In this document: positions 1 through 8,876 of the stretch, piece by piece
Position numbering within the stretch: position 1 is the stretch's first letter
Layout: each line of letters opens with the position of its first letter
Virus record (IMG/VR): IMGVR_UViG_2936514734_000001
Coordinates: 64,001-128,000 of that record
Strand: one strand, 5' to 3'
Origin: a virus
Lineage: Duplodnaviria; Caudoviricetes
Length of the DNA: 64,000 nt
Translations under genes and position numbers: made by a program
Notes under the pieces: model-generated
What the model saw: the letters and a program-made list of their open reading frames with translations, nothing else
Databases searched by the model: none
What the model was told of the DNA's origin: nothing

Positions 1-60
1 TTTTCAGTAGGGCAGTATACAACTCCTGTATTACGCCGCTACACATTGCAATTTAGTTAG
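1..60 (+). CDS. 3' end of upstream gene (…FSVGQYTTPVLRRYTLQFS*), partial
   Basis: Frame 1 is open to TAG at 58-60, followed by an SD-like GGGGA before the next ATG. Confidence 0.6.
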   Translation, partial: FSVGQYTTPVLRRYTLQFS

Positions 61-73
61 GGGATGAAAGTCT

Positions 74-847
74 ATGATAATTGAAAAGAAATACAAGCCT
101 TCTTTTCATAAAGCAAATGCTCGGTATCGTGGGGTTACTGAGCTTTCCCAATATACAAACTTTGTTCTTGAATCCGCTCACGACTTGCTATTATTAAGCC
201 AAATAACAACAGGTAGTGAAGCTGTAAATAAAAAGGGCCACGAGAAAGAACTTTATGATAACTTTGTATCGGTTATGACAGGTGATCAAGAGGTAGCTAA
301 ATCTAATCTCTTTACCGCTTCAACTCTTCAAAAAATAGACCATTCTAGAACCGTACCTGTTCCTGCATTATCTAGTTGGAGTGCATTAAACGGATGTACA
401 CTGTCTCAGGCAAACGGGATTTACAAATTAACTTCAAACGGATTGAAAGATCCTGTGGGAATGTATACAACATTGTATGTAGAACCCGGAGATAAAATCT
501 ATATTCGACTATCAGTTAGAAGTAGTGGCGGTGCACCTGATTTTACTTTTGGTTCAAACAACATGAGACTTGGACCAGGAGAGAACGGTGACACCAAAAA
601 GGTAGCTGTTCCTAATAACAATCAATTTATTATGGTGGATCATGTATTGAGATTTCAATATGCTGAATCCATTTCACTTAATTTAAATGTTCATCAAAAC
701 CCCAATGTATTAGCAGCTTCTTCAGTAGAAGTAAAGGATTTAGAAATATTCTATTTTAAAGAAACACCTGTGCAGGTATCCTCATTCGATACAATTATTA
801 AGCCATCTATAGATGAACTAGAAGAAAAAATAAATTCAATACGATAA
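74..847 (+). CDS. Hypothetical, probable virion (tail/baseplate) protein with beta-sandwich C-terminal half
   Basis: Operonic ORF; N-terminal RYRG…(F/Y)N helix resembles that of the next ORF; structural role is inference. Confidence 0.5.
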   Translation: MIIEKKYKPSFHKANARYRGVTELSQYTNFVLESAHDLLLLSQITTGSEAVNKKGHEKELYDNFVSVMTGDQEVAKSNLFTASTLQKIDHSRTVPVPALSSWSALNGCTLSQANGIYKLTSNGLKDPVGMYTTLYVEPGDKIYIRLSVRSSGGAPDFTFGSNNMRLGPGENGDTKKVAVPNNNQFIMVDHVLRFQYAESISLNLNVHQNPNVLAASSVEVKDLEIFYFKETPVQVSSFDTIIKPSIDELEEKINSIR

Positions 848-858
848 GGAGTGAGTAT

Positions 859-2106
859 ATGCGCCCAATTACTTTAAAGAATCCAAGTCTGCAAAAGGGG
901 CCAAGCTCTTCTGAGGATTTTAATAAGTTACGTAATGACATTCAAACAGATATTACTACCTTATTTAATGTGGTGAATGATCATGAAGATGCAATTGCAA
1001 CTAACATGGACCATGTGATTCGTGAAAATTACTTTTTACAAAACCGCTTGTTAAAACTTCAGGAAAGAGTGAAGGAATTAGAAAACGATTATCAAGCTAA
1101 CAGCATAACAGGAGAAAGTATTCTTAATCGCTCTTTTTACCACGCAAGTAGTATTGCCTCTATTAATGCAAATAACCCCGTAAACGTAGATACTCTTCAC
1201 GGAATTGTTACACCGGTTGTCGTAAATTCTCATGATAAAATTGCATACAAAAATGATCTTGGTCAATATATTTTACCAAGTACATTAGAAGTATCTGTTT
1301 ATGAATCAACTGACGTAGAGCCTGTAGACGAAACAACAAAACAGCTTCAGTATTATGCAATTGATTCAACAGGTATCAATAAAGCTTTTGATGGTGATAA
1401 GAATTCATTTTGGGTTCGTCAATCTGAAACAAATGAGAATAAGTGTGTAACAGAGGTGTATGGCTTAATCCACGTAAAAATACCACAAGAAATTTCTAAT
1501 AACGTGTATACGAACACTCTCTTGCTTCATCCATCTCCCGAGTACTCTATGAGTATCATGGATATTCAATACAAAAACCAGAACGGGGAATGGCGTAGAC
1601 TAGAAACGTACCCTACAAAAATCGTAAGTAATGTTGAGACACCTGTAGAGATTGAAGAAACAGGTAAACTTGTATTCTCATTTCCCAAAAGACAGGTAAC
1701 TGAATTACAAATTTTTATTAAGCAGCCATACTGGTTTAAGCATGACAACAAACGCATTTTTATGTATGGATTTCAAGACATTGTAGTGGAGTACCGTGAG
1801 TATTCGCAAGACACTGCGGAATTTGTAACGAAGTTTTCATTAGAGGGTACGGATCGTCGCTTTGCTAATGTGGAAGCACCGCTGATTACAACACCTATAG
1901 GCTGTCCACCTTTTAATGACTACACAGTTAAACATGAGTTGTATTTCGATGAAGGATTAACTGAGCAGTTTGATTTCTCAACAGATATCTTTCAAACAGT
2001 ACAAGCTGTATATGTAAAGACTATTTTAAAAGTAGCAGGGGATCAGGTACCAATCCTAAGAGAAATTGAGTTACCTTATCGCTATGAAGAAATAGAACCC
2101 ATATAA
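859..2106 (+). CDS. Probable virion structural protein (coiled coil plus discoidin-like AFDGDKNSFW motif)
   Basis: SD AAGGAG; AFDGD…SFW motif typical of F5/8-like folds; ends at a terminator. Confidence 0.5.
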   Translation: MRPITLKNPSLQKGPSSSEDFNKLRNDIQTDITTLFNVVNDHEDAIATNMDHVIRENYFLQNRLLKLQERVKELENDYQANSITGESILNRSFYHASSIASINANNPVNVDTLHGIVTPVVVNSHDKIAYKNDLGQYILPSTLEVSVYESTDVEPVDETTKQLQYYAIDSTGINKAFDGDKNSFWVRQSETNENKCVTEVYGLIHVKIPQEISNNVYTNTLLLHPSPEYSMSIMDIQYKNQNGEWRRLETYPTKIVSNVETPVEIEETGKLVFSFPKRQVTELQIFIKQPYWFKHDNKRIFMYGFQDIVVEYREYSQDTAEFVTKFSLEGTDRRFANVEAPLITTPIGCPPFNDYTVKHELYFDEGLTEQFDFSTDIFQTVQAVYVKTILKVAGDQVPILREIELPYRYEEIEPI

Positions 2107-2143
2107 AAAAGGGGAGCATACCATAACGGCTATGCTCCTTTTT
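2107..2143. terminator. Bidirectional intrinsic terminator
   Basis: AAAA-GGGGAGCATA…TATGCTCC-TTTTTT between convergent genes. Confidence 0.8.
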
Positions 2144-2145
2144 TA

Positions 2146-2346
2146 TTATGAAATCAGAACAATCATACCAATTAATACTGCTGCAAATAACAAACCTAGA
2201 AAAGCACCTATTATCATTTTACCAAGAGTACCTGTTACAATTTCATGTTGCATTTCCTTGGCTTTTTGTTGGGAGTTTCCCGTTAAAATAAATGCCAAAA
2301 TAGAAACAATGATTAATAATAGTATAGCAATAATTACATAACTCAT
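2146..2346 (-). CDS. Small two-TM membrane protein
   Basis: SD AAGGAGA, two hydrophobic segments, TGGTATAAT upstream on the - strand. Confidence 0.7.
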   Translation of the reverse strand: MSYVIIAILLLIIVSILAFILTGNSQQKAKEMQHEIVTGTLGKMIIGAFLGLLFAAVLIGMIVLIS

Positions 2347-2438
2347 AGTACATTTATCTCCTTATACACTGTTATTTCATGAATATTATACCAATTAAAG
2401 TTCTTTTTGGGTGGCTATTTTTATGTTATAATATTATT

Positions 2439-2503
2439 GTTTCGCGTTATTAGCTCTATGCTAGTAATAAAAAAGAGTAGCTTTCCGAGGGCTACTCTTT
2501 TTG
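2439..2503 (+). ncRNA. Candidate ~65-nt sRNA (hairpin plus terminator)
   Basis: TGTTATAAT at 2424-2432; TTATTAGC/GCTAGTAATAA hairpin; GAGTAGC/GCTACTC-T5 terminator; no ORF. Confidence 0.4.
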
Positions 2504-2651
2504 TATATATTCTTCTATAAATTCATTATTAAGTCTCCATAAAAAAAACAAATTCCTACATAAATATGGTATAATTGTTATATAACTATGTTTTCGGGTG
2601 GGCGGTTGCTCTTTTCCTTGCTCTATTTTATAGAGGAAGGAGGTGACCGCT

Positions 2652-2816
2652 ATGGATGTTTTAAAAACTATTTTAGTAGAAATAGCAAAAGTAGTAACTC
2701 ATACTCTAATTAACTACCTAATAAGTCTCATTCCTACTAAAAAACACAAAAAGAAAACCTCCCGCAAAAAGTCATGGGCGACTAAAGGGAGGTCTTCTAA
2801 AAGATATAGAGCTTAA
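2652..2816 (+). CDS. Type I toxin-like 54-aa peptide MDVLKTILVEIAKVVTHTLINYLISLIPTKKHKKKTSRKKSWATKGRSSKRYRA
   Basis: Strong SD GGAGGTGA sequestered by GCGGTTGCTCTTTTCC; hydrophobic N-terminus and basic tail; TGGTATAAT at 2567-2575; terminator at 2851-2883. Confidence 0.75.
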   Translation: MDVLKTILVEIAKVVTHTLINYLISLIPTKKHKKKTSRKKSWATKGRSSKRYRA

Positions 2817-2888
2817 ATTGCAATCTTCCACCTGAATGTAGTAGTTGCTAAAGGCGAGATGTTACCAGCATCTCGTCTTTTTTATGTA
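2740..2888 (-). ncRNA. Convergent antisense antitoxin RNA
   Basis: Minus-strand TGGTATAAT at 2895-2903; hairpin AGAAAACCTCCC/GGGAGGTCTTCT (2752-2798) followed by a U-rich run on the - strand. Confidence 0.65.
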
Positions 2889-3084
2889 TAAACAATTATA
2901 CCAAATTTCCAAAAAAAAATATATAGGTAAAAACATAAAGGAGGAATTTAAACCCTTGATACTAAAGGGTTTATTTGCTTTTGAAATTCTTAAATTTAAA
3001 GATAAATACCCATAAATGAACAATATTATACATAAATATGGTACATTTGTTTAGTAGTTACATTTGAAAATAGGAGAGATGGGA

Positions 3085-3573
3085 ATGAGTTTTCAGTACA
3101 AAATAACAGATCAGAGTTATGATAAGGAATACAAAGTTTGGGAATATGATAAGATGAGAAAGGAATGTGCTCAACCGGGCGTATATATAATTACTGATAT
3201 TGCTCAAGAAATTCTTTATGTCGGTGAAAGTGAAAATGTTGGACAACGTGTTCGTGATCATATAACTGGAACTGAACAATCAAAACGTGGATTTATAAAA
3301 AGAATTTGCAATATAAGGATTTACCTTTTCGGTACATTAAATCGTGATATAACTGACATGAAAATGTGCGAACATTGGGCTAAAAGAGAATATCCACCAC
3401 TCTTTTCAAAAGATAGCATTGAGTACGATGGAGGAGATACTATTGAGTATTTATCTGACAGCTATACAGTCTGGGAGAATTGGCACAAATATTATGCTAC
3501 AGTAGATGACGAAGTAGTAGATGGAAAAGAATATCAAGAAAAACTTAAAGCAGCTAATTTGAAGCTAAAATAA
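3085..3573 (+). CDS. GIY-YIG nuclease family protein
   Basis: PGVYII…LYVGES…QRVRDH motif; SD AGGAGA favours ATG 3085. Confidence 0.8.
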   Translation: MSFQYKITDQSYDKEYKVWEYDKMRKECAQPGVYIITDIAQEILYVGESENVGQRVRDHITGTEQSKRGFIKRICNIRIYLFGTLNRDITDMKMCEHWAKREYPPLFSKDSIEYDGGDTIEYLSDSYTVWENWHKYYATVDDEVVDGKEYQEKLKAANLKLK

Positions 3574-3618
3574 AGGATTTTGTTTGACATCTTCTTTTAT
3601 AAGTGCAAAACTGTAGTA

Positions 3619-3690
3619 TATATTGGCTACTACTCATAGATTTTTTCTAGAGTAGGAAAAAGAGCAGACCTTTTGGCTTGCTCTTTTTTA
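3619..3690 (+). ncRNA. Candidate ~70-nt sRNA (hairpin plus terminator)
   Basis: TTGACA 3584-3589, 17 bp, TGnAAAACT (imperfect -10); CTACTC/GAGTAG hairpin; AAAAGAGCA/TGCTCTTTT terminator. Confidence 0.35.
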
Positions 3691-3867
3691 TATATTCTTC
3701 TTCATACCACAATTGATACATTCACGCAGGAATTTACCGTTACCTACGCTACTTTTAAACTTTACTCCGTTACAATTATCGCAACGGCCGCTGACTTTAT
3801 CAGGCATCTCACTGTATTCATAAATCTTTGTTAGATCAATATTTGCGTATTTATCTTCTTGTTCCAT
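3688..3867 (-). CDS. 59-aa zinc-ribbon protein (…GRCDNC…LRECINCGMKKNI), absent from the ORF track
   Basis: SD GAGGGA, two CxxC pairs, ends at a terminator. Confidence 0.75.
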   Translation of the reverse strand: MEQEDKYANIDLTKIYEYSEMPDKVSGRCDNCNGVKFKSSVGNGKFLRECINCGMKKNI

Positions 3868-3957
3868 CTTAATCCCTCACATTCTTTGCTTATCATAGCA
3901 ATATACATAATAAAAAGAAAGGTACTCGAATATATATGACGTAAAACTTTTTAATAC

Positions 3958-4056
3958 AAGAAAAACCCCCGACAATACTTTCATTGCCGAGGGCTTTTCG
4001 CTGTTGAGTAATTTGAATTTAATAAAGTAGTGGTAACGAGTTAGTGAGGCTCGTTA
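3958..4056 (-). ncRNA. Candidate ~100-nt sRNA
   Basis: Minus-strand TATAAT upstream; TAACGAG-CCTCACTAA-CTCGTTA hairpin; strong terminator at 3961-3998; no ORF. Confidence 0.45.
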
Positions 4057-4095
4057 AAATTATTATAGACATTTTTCTACATTATATTCTAACAG

Positions 4096-4410
4096 TTACC
4101 ATTTAGGTCCTTTAGGTAAATCCTCAAGCATCATCATGTGTTTTACTTTAGTCTTAGCATGTTTAACTTCTTTTTCAGCCTTTTCCAGATTGTCAATCTT
4201 TTTAGTAAATGTATCAAAATAGGACCCCATCTCCTGTTGGAAAGCATCCTTCGCGTTACCTGATTTCCACGTAGTTAATTCTTCAACTTTGTTTTTAACA
4301 AGTAACTGTTCGGCTCGCAAATCGGAAATGAGGGAGTCTAACTTGCTACTCAAACGGTCAAGATCATCTAATTCTCTTTTATATTTCTCTAAGTTTTTTT
4401 CATCCATCAT
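4096..4410 (-). CDS. Small helical WXG100-like partner of a T7SS substrate
   Basis: ~100 aa, helical, central W-K-S-G; overlaps the lipase stop codon. Confidence 0.65.
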   Translation of the reverse strand: MMDEKNLEKYKRELDDLDRLSSKLDSLISDLRAEQLLVKNKVEELTTWKSGNAKDAFQQEMGSYFDTFTKKIDNLEKAEKEVKHAKTKVKHMMMLEDLPKGPKW

Positions 4411-5546
4411 TTTAAAACATCAGCCTCCACAAACGATGCCGCTGCAGCATTCAAGTTATTTGCCATTCGAGAGGTATCCTCGGCAAACCAACTACTAAGA
4501 TTATGCGCTTGTCCAATTACATCGTTTACGACACCTTCAGATATTTGAATACCATCCAACATTGTTGCATCTCGTTTAAAGGAAGAACAAAGCTCTTCCA
4601 CCCGTGACACATAGCCTTCCAGTTCACTCGCTAAATTAATTAGATGTTCTGGCATAACATTGATTGTTGCCATTTCTCCAGAAGCATATCTAGGGGACTG
4701 TGCTAAAGACTGACCAGTTAGAATGTTTGTTAGAATAGGGTTGTTTAAATTACCTACACCATCAAATTTGAAGTGTTTCATATTATGATAACTTTCTCCA
4801 GCTAGTGAACCCCAAGCTCTTGAAACAGGGTTGTATCTATTCTTTGAGTTCTCAAGATCAAAGGAAGAACCGATGTAGTATGCGGAACCAATATATCTTT
4901 TATAAGGATTAACAGCTCCAGAACTTATAGAATCTTTAGGGTGAATGTAATTTACGATTTGTTTATCAAACTCACCCTTAACTGCTTTCTCTTTTAGATC
5001 TTTAGGAAGCAAGTTGATAACACTTGGTCCGTTAAACGTAACAGCTTCTACATTATTTTTAGCAGCTGCATAAGATGCAATGGACCCAGCCAAAGAGTGT
5101 CCTGTTAATTTAATATTGTAATCAGGATATTCTTTCTTTACATCTTGAACAAGTTTATCTCCCTGACGAAATTGATTCTTCTGATGGAAATCAACGGACA
5201 ACTTCCCGCTATCATATTCAATGTTTAAACCAAGACGATCAACCTTCTTGCCGCGTACAATATAAGTAGCATCGGTTTTTACGTCCGGCCATGCGCGTCC
5301 TTGTGTAACATTCTCTACTGAGTTGGCTTCAGTACCACGATAAGCAATAACTATATTCTTTTTGTTCTTTAAAACCAAGGCATCAAAACCAGTCTCTGCA
5401 TCATGAACTTTAAACTTTTTACTTTTTATAGTTGTCCATTTTTCATTACCATCTTCATAATGGATAGTATAAGATTTTCTAGGTTTGATATCGTAGGCAA
5501 AGCCACTTAGCTCACGAAACGTTCTATCCCTTACATCTGTAATCAT
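4407..5546 (-). CDS. Lipase (class 3/Mbeg1-like) with C-terminal WXG/LXG-like domain; probable T7SS toxin
   Basis: IAYRGTE, GHSLAG, TFNGP motifs; C-terminal INVMPEHL…FVEAD helical domain. Confidence 0.8.
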   Translation of the reverse strand: MITDVRDRTFRELSGFAYDIKPRKSYTIHYEDGNEKWTTIKSKKFKVHDAETGFDALVLKNKKNIVIAYRGTEANSVENVTQGRAWPDVKTDATYIVRGKKVDRLGLNIEYDSGKLSVDFHQKNQFRQGDKLVQDVKKEYPDYNIKLTGHSLAGSIASYAAAKNNVEAVTFNGPSVINLLPKDLKEKAVKGEFDKQIVNYIHPKDSISSGAVNPYKRYIGSAYYIGSSFDLENSKNRYNPVSRAWGSLAGESYHNMKHFKFDGVGNLNNPILTNILTGQSLAQSPRYASGEMATINVMPEHLINLASELEGYVSRVEELCSSFKRDATMLDGIQISEGVVNDVIGQAHNLSSWFAEDTSRMANNLNAAAASFVEADVLK

Positions 5547-5618
5547 AATTGAAGCCTCTCTCCTTATTAGTGTATAATTCTATTATATAAGAATTTCCAA
5601 GAATTTGGAGAGATATGG

Positions 5619-5918
5619 ATGATTAATAAGAAATTGTTTGGCTTTATTTTTATTATTGGAATACTACTTTTAACAGGGTGCGGCAAGGAGGACGACATGG
5701 ATAAGAAAGAGATAGAGAAAACCGCTTCACATGTAGCATCGGAATATATGAAAGTGGAAGAGGATATGGATTTTGTTGTTACTGGTGTAGACTTTTTCGA
5801 TGGTCAAGGAGTAACAACTGTAGCTGTTAATGGACATGAAAAAGGAAAGAAAAAAGAACTAGCAGTTATCATCGATTATGGTGATGATTATAGAGTGCAA
5901 GGGACAGCGGAAAATTAA
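5619..5918 (+). CDS. Small lipoprotein, probable immunity protein
   Basis: Lipobox LLTGC; divergent from the lipase toxin. Confidence 0.65.
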   Translation: MINKKLFGFIFIIGILLLTGCGKEDDMDKKEIEKTASHVASEYMKVEEDMDFVVTGVDFFDGQGVTTVAVNGHEKGKKKELAVIIDYGDDYRVQGTAEN

Positions 5919-6092
5919 TAAGAATAAACGAAAAAAGAACCTTTAGATATTGTATCTTTAGGTTCTTTTTTACTAATAAGAGAGCTGAGTTTATACGAGT
6001 TGGATATTGGAGTTTGCCATGTGTTGTAGTACCTTATCAAATATCCATCCATAATTGTATCCAGTTTTTTAAATAATATACATGGTTATGAA

Positions 6093-6400
6093 TCATTGTT
6101 TTTTACAATTATCGCAAGTTACAGGTATGATCTTTCCCGTACTTGTCATCATCGTACCGCTATTATTGTCTAATATAGATAAAGAGGTAATCACTCCGCT
6201 GATATTATTATATCTAACTGAGTCTCCAATATTTAAACCATACCAATCATTCATCAATACAGTTCACCTCTTTTAAATTTTTTACGACTATAGGAGCCTT
6301 TTCCTTTTTTATTCTTTACTACACGAGTTGAAGCATTAAAAGCCCATGTACCTCGAGTATTAGTCATCTCACCAATTGTTTTTAATTCTCTTTTACTCAT
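6093..6400 (-). other. Two short - strand ORFs (~50 aa each; MSKRELKT… from 6400, MNDWYGLN… 6093-6254)
   Basis: SD-like sequences upstream of both; below the track length cut-off. Confidence 0.45.
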
Positions 6401-6751
6401 ACCCAAACCTTCTTTCTTTACTATTAGTTAAATATCTTATATATAATTTCTGCATATCTATTAATAGAGAGTTTAATTACCTTACTTAATTGCTCACAAA
6501 TAAACCATAATAAGAATAAAGGTAACATTGGTATAATTACTAATATTGTTAGTAAAAGAGTTAACCAAGAAATGCTTGGTACACCCATCAAACTTATCAC
6601 CACCAGTTAAGTAAATAGTAAATTACTTTAGTAAATATGTTTTATCATTTACCTAGTTTGTAGAAAAAGTGCGTATTTGTCGTCACCTAGAGTAATACCT
6701 GTAACTTTAAAATTCGAACAGACTTATAATATTTACTTCATTAAGTTGATA

Positions 6752-6898
6752 CAAAGAAAAAGACAGTCGGGGGATGACTGCCTTCTTCAAGTGAGGGAGG
6801 AATGATAATAATGAAGTAAGTAATATTAAGAAAGGTTAAAACAAGTTCGTATTCACGGGGAGTGTGAAGAGATAAAACTTGTGAGGTAACTTACATTC
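6752..6898 (-). ncRNA. Candidate ~145-nt C-rich sRNA
   Basis: CUCCCC, UCCUCCCU and AUCCCCC motifs; terminator AGGCAGTC/GACTGTCT plus U-run whose G-U pair indicates the - strand. Confidence 0.55.
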
Positions 6899-6998
6899 TT
6901 AATAAAACCTTTTCATTTATAAAATGCAAACATTAATTTATACAAAATAAAAACGACTACCAAAGAGGGAGCCGCTTGTATTTATTCCTAATATTAAA

Positions 6999-7301
6999 TT
7001 ATAGCTTCATAAAGAAATCATTAACTGTATAATTAGTTTCGTATTTCTTATTAACCATTTCAATTGCCGCTTTAAACCTAAACATCGCATGCCTATCTTC
7101 ATAGTTATCGCCATATAGAAGGTAATTACAGAATGATATCTTGGTTAAGCTTATAACCATCAAATCTTTAAGATCTGGTTCATCAAAGTTTTCATATATT
7201 AACTTATAAAAGTTATCTAGTCGATTAAGCAGAGATTTTTCTGTAACCAAAATTGAATTCTCAACTTTCGTCCTTCCCATATGTACATCACTCGCTTTCA
7301 T
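6999..7301 (-). CDS. Hypothetical protein (start may be 7280)
   Basis: ORF with a downstream terminator at ~6948-6978. Confidence 0.55.
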   Translation of the reverse strand: MKASDVHMGRTKVENSILVTEKSLLNRLDNFYKLIYENFDEPDLKDLMVISLTKISFCNYLLYGDNYEDRHAMFRFKAAIEMVNKKYETNYTVNDFFMKL

Positions 7302-7321
7302 CTTTGTATATACAATAGAAA

Positions 7322-7435
7322 ATAGAAAAAAGTTAGTTTTACTATCATCCGGTTGCTAACGTTAAGGATTCATCACTACACTAGAAGAAGAATGGTATCG
7401 ATATCCGGATAATAATTTAACTAACTTTTTTCTAT
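7322..7435 (-). ncRNA. Long irregular hairpin, candidate structured RNA
   Basis: Perfect 17-bp arms at 7322-7338/7419-7435 plus an inner stem whose two C-A mismatches become G-U on the - strand. Confidence 0.45.
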
Positions 7436-7550
7436 CAATCAATAGTCGGCTTTTGCAAAATACAGGTGTGTTGCTTTTTTCACATTTTCATTTTTACCAA
7501 ATAAATGACTTATATACATTTTATAGAATTTTATTTTGAAATATATGAGT

Positions 7551-7700
7551 ATTATGGGGCAAGGGATAGTACCACTATCATTTAGTTGCGTAACAGAAGA
7601 ACAAGCTTACAGCTACAGGGTTAATTGTGCCACTAAATTTAAGATCGACTATCCGTTGCCTTGGACCTTACATAATACCAGAAGTACGGTGAAACACCGT
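7551..7700 (+). ncRNA. Long irregular hairpin, candidate structured RNA
   Basis: GGCAA-GGATAGT/ACTATCC-TTGCC, ATTTAGT/ACTAAAT, GCGTAA/TTGTGC (G-U on +); short hairpin at 7686-7700. Confidence 0.45.
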
Positions 7701-7809
7701 TGAATTCCACCGCATTTTTATTATTACTAATTAACTGGATATATATTCATCTTTTTCTTACAGAATAGTCCAATACATGGTAAAATCAGGTTAGATACAA
7801 ACAGAAAAA

Positions 7810-8586
7810 TTGAATATAGGAGAGTGGCCGGGGATGAGCTTAAGCATTAATGAGATAATAAAAAACAAAAGAATTTTTGAAATAGACGACGATTGCAATT
7901 ACTTCATCTTAGACGAGGACAAGATCAAAAAATGCATGTATTTTGACTACGTTATTGCTATAAAACATGGCGATTTACCTTACCCTAAAAAGTGGTTAAG
8001 GTTCTTTGATGTCGAACATCCCATAAAGGGACAGGTAATACCTATTGAAGAATACAATAGCGATGACTATGAATATGTTTTTATGCCGTACTTTAAATTT
8101 CCTGATGAACTCAAAAAGCCGCTTGAAGAATTAGGATATACTATAGATAAGGATTATAAAGCTGAAAATTTTTTAATTGAACTAGATAAAATTCCAGAAC
8201 AACTTCTACCTGTTGTTAAGAATATGATCATTGAGAATCAAGAACATAGTAGTGGACCAGAACAAAACGACTTTTATGTTTATGAGAAAGACGGTGAATT
8301 AGTTTATTTTTTAGTGGGCAAAGAGGAGGGTTTTGTTAATACTATTACCGATGAAGTAACAACTAAATTCCAAGATATAAAAACTTTAGAGGCATATGAA
8401 ACTCCATCTAAAGATACTTATTTATTTAAAACTAAAGACCCGCTTAGCAGCTATAGTTCTGAACGTTGGTTCGTATATCTAACTGCAGATCCAAATTTTC
8501 CGCGCCTTAAAGAAGTGGATGAAGTAGCAGACATGTTACCATATACATCTTTTAAAGCAACTGAACCAAAAGTTGAAGTTAAATAA
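7810..8586 (+). CDS. Hypothetical acidic protein (start may be 7834)
   Basis: Long ORF, TGGTAAAAT upstream, terminator at ~8605-8632. Confidence 0.7.
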   Translation: MNIGEWPGMSLSINEIIKNKRIFEIDDDCNYFILDEDKIKKCMYFDYVIAIKHGDLPYPKKWLRFFDVEHPIKGQVIPIEEYNSDDYEYVFMPYFKFPDELKKPLEELGYTIDKDYKAENFLIELDKIPEQLLPVVKNMIIENQEHSSGPEQNDFYVYEKDGELVYFLVGKEEGFVNTITDEVTTKFQDIKTLEAYETPSKDTYLFKTKDPLSSYSSERWFVYLTADPNFPRLKEVDEVADMLPYTSFKATEPKVEVK

Positions 8587-8684
8587 AATAGGTGAGAATT
8601 ATTTAGCAGACAGGTTAAACTGTCTGTTTTATTTTTCTTTTACATCTCGATATAATAAGTTGTTTTTTAGATATGAAGACATAG

Positions 8685-8792
8685 CAAAAGACGGCCGAAG
8701 CCGCCTTATACCATAAGTTTTATCTTATCTAAAACAAAACTAATAATGTAGAACCTATTAACAAGAGAAAATCTTTTTTCTATATATATATG
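8685..8792 (-). ncRNA. Candidate ~107-nt four-way-junction sRNA
   Basis: TTGACA(8821-8826)-17-TGnTAAATT promoter; enclosing ACCATA/TATGGT stem with three arms; UUCG terminator; no ORF. Confidence 0.6.
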
Positions 8793-8876
8793 GTGTTAAT
8801 TTACCATGAAAGTTCTATTTTGTCAATTTTTTTATTCTGTCTCAATAGGATAAGTATTCTTAAATAAATGAGATAT

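Noticed and set aside
7322-7435. Retron msr-msd (a1/a2 inverted repeat)
   Set aside because: No reverse transcriptase in the window
8685-8792. tRNA gene
   Set aside because: Cloverleaf-like but lacks T-loop, D-loop and acceptor-stem consensus
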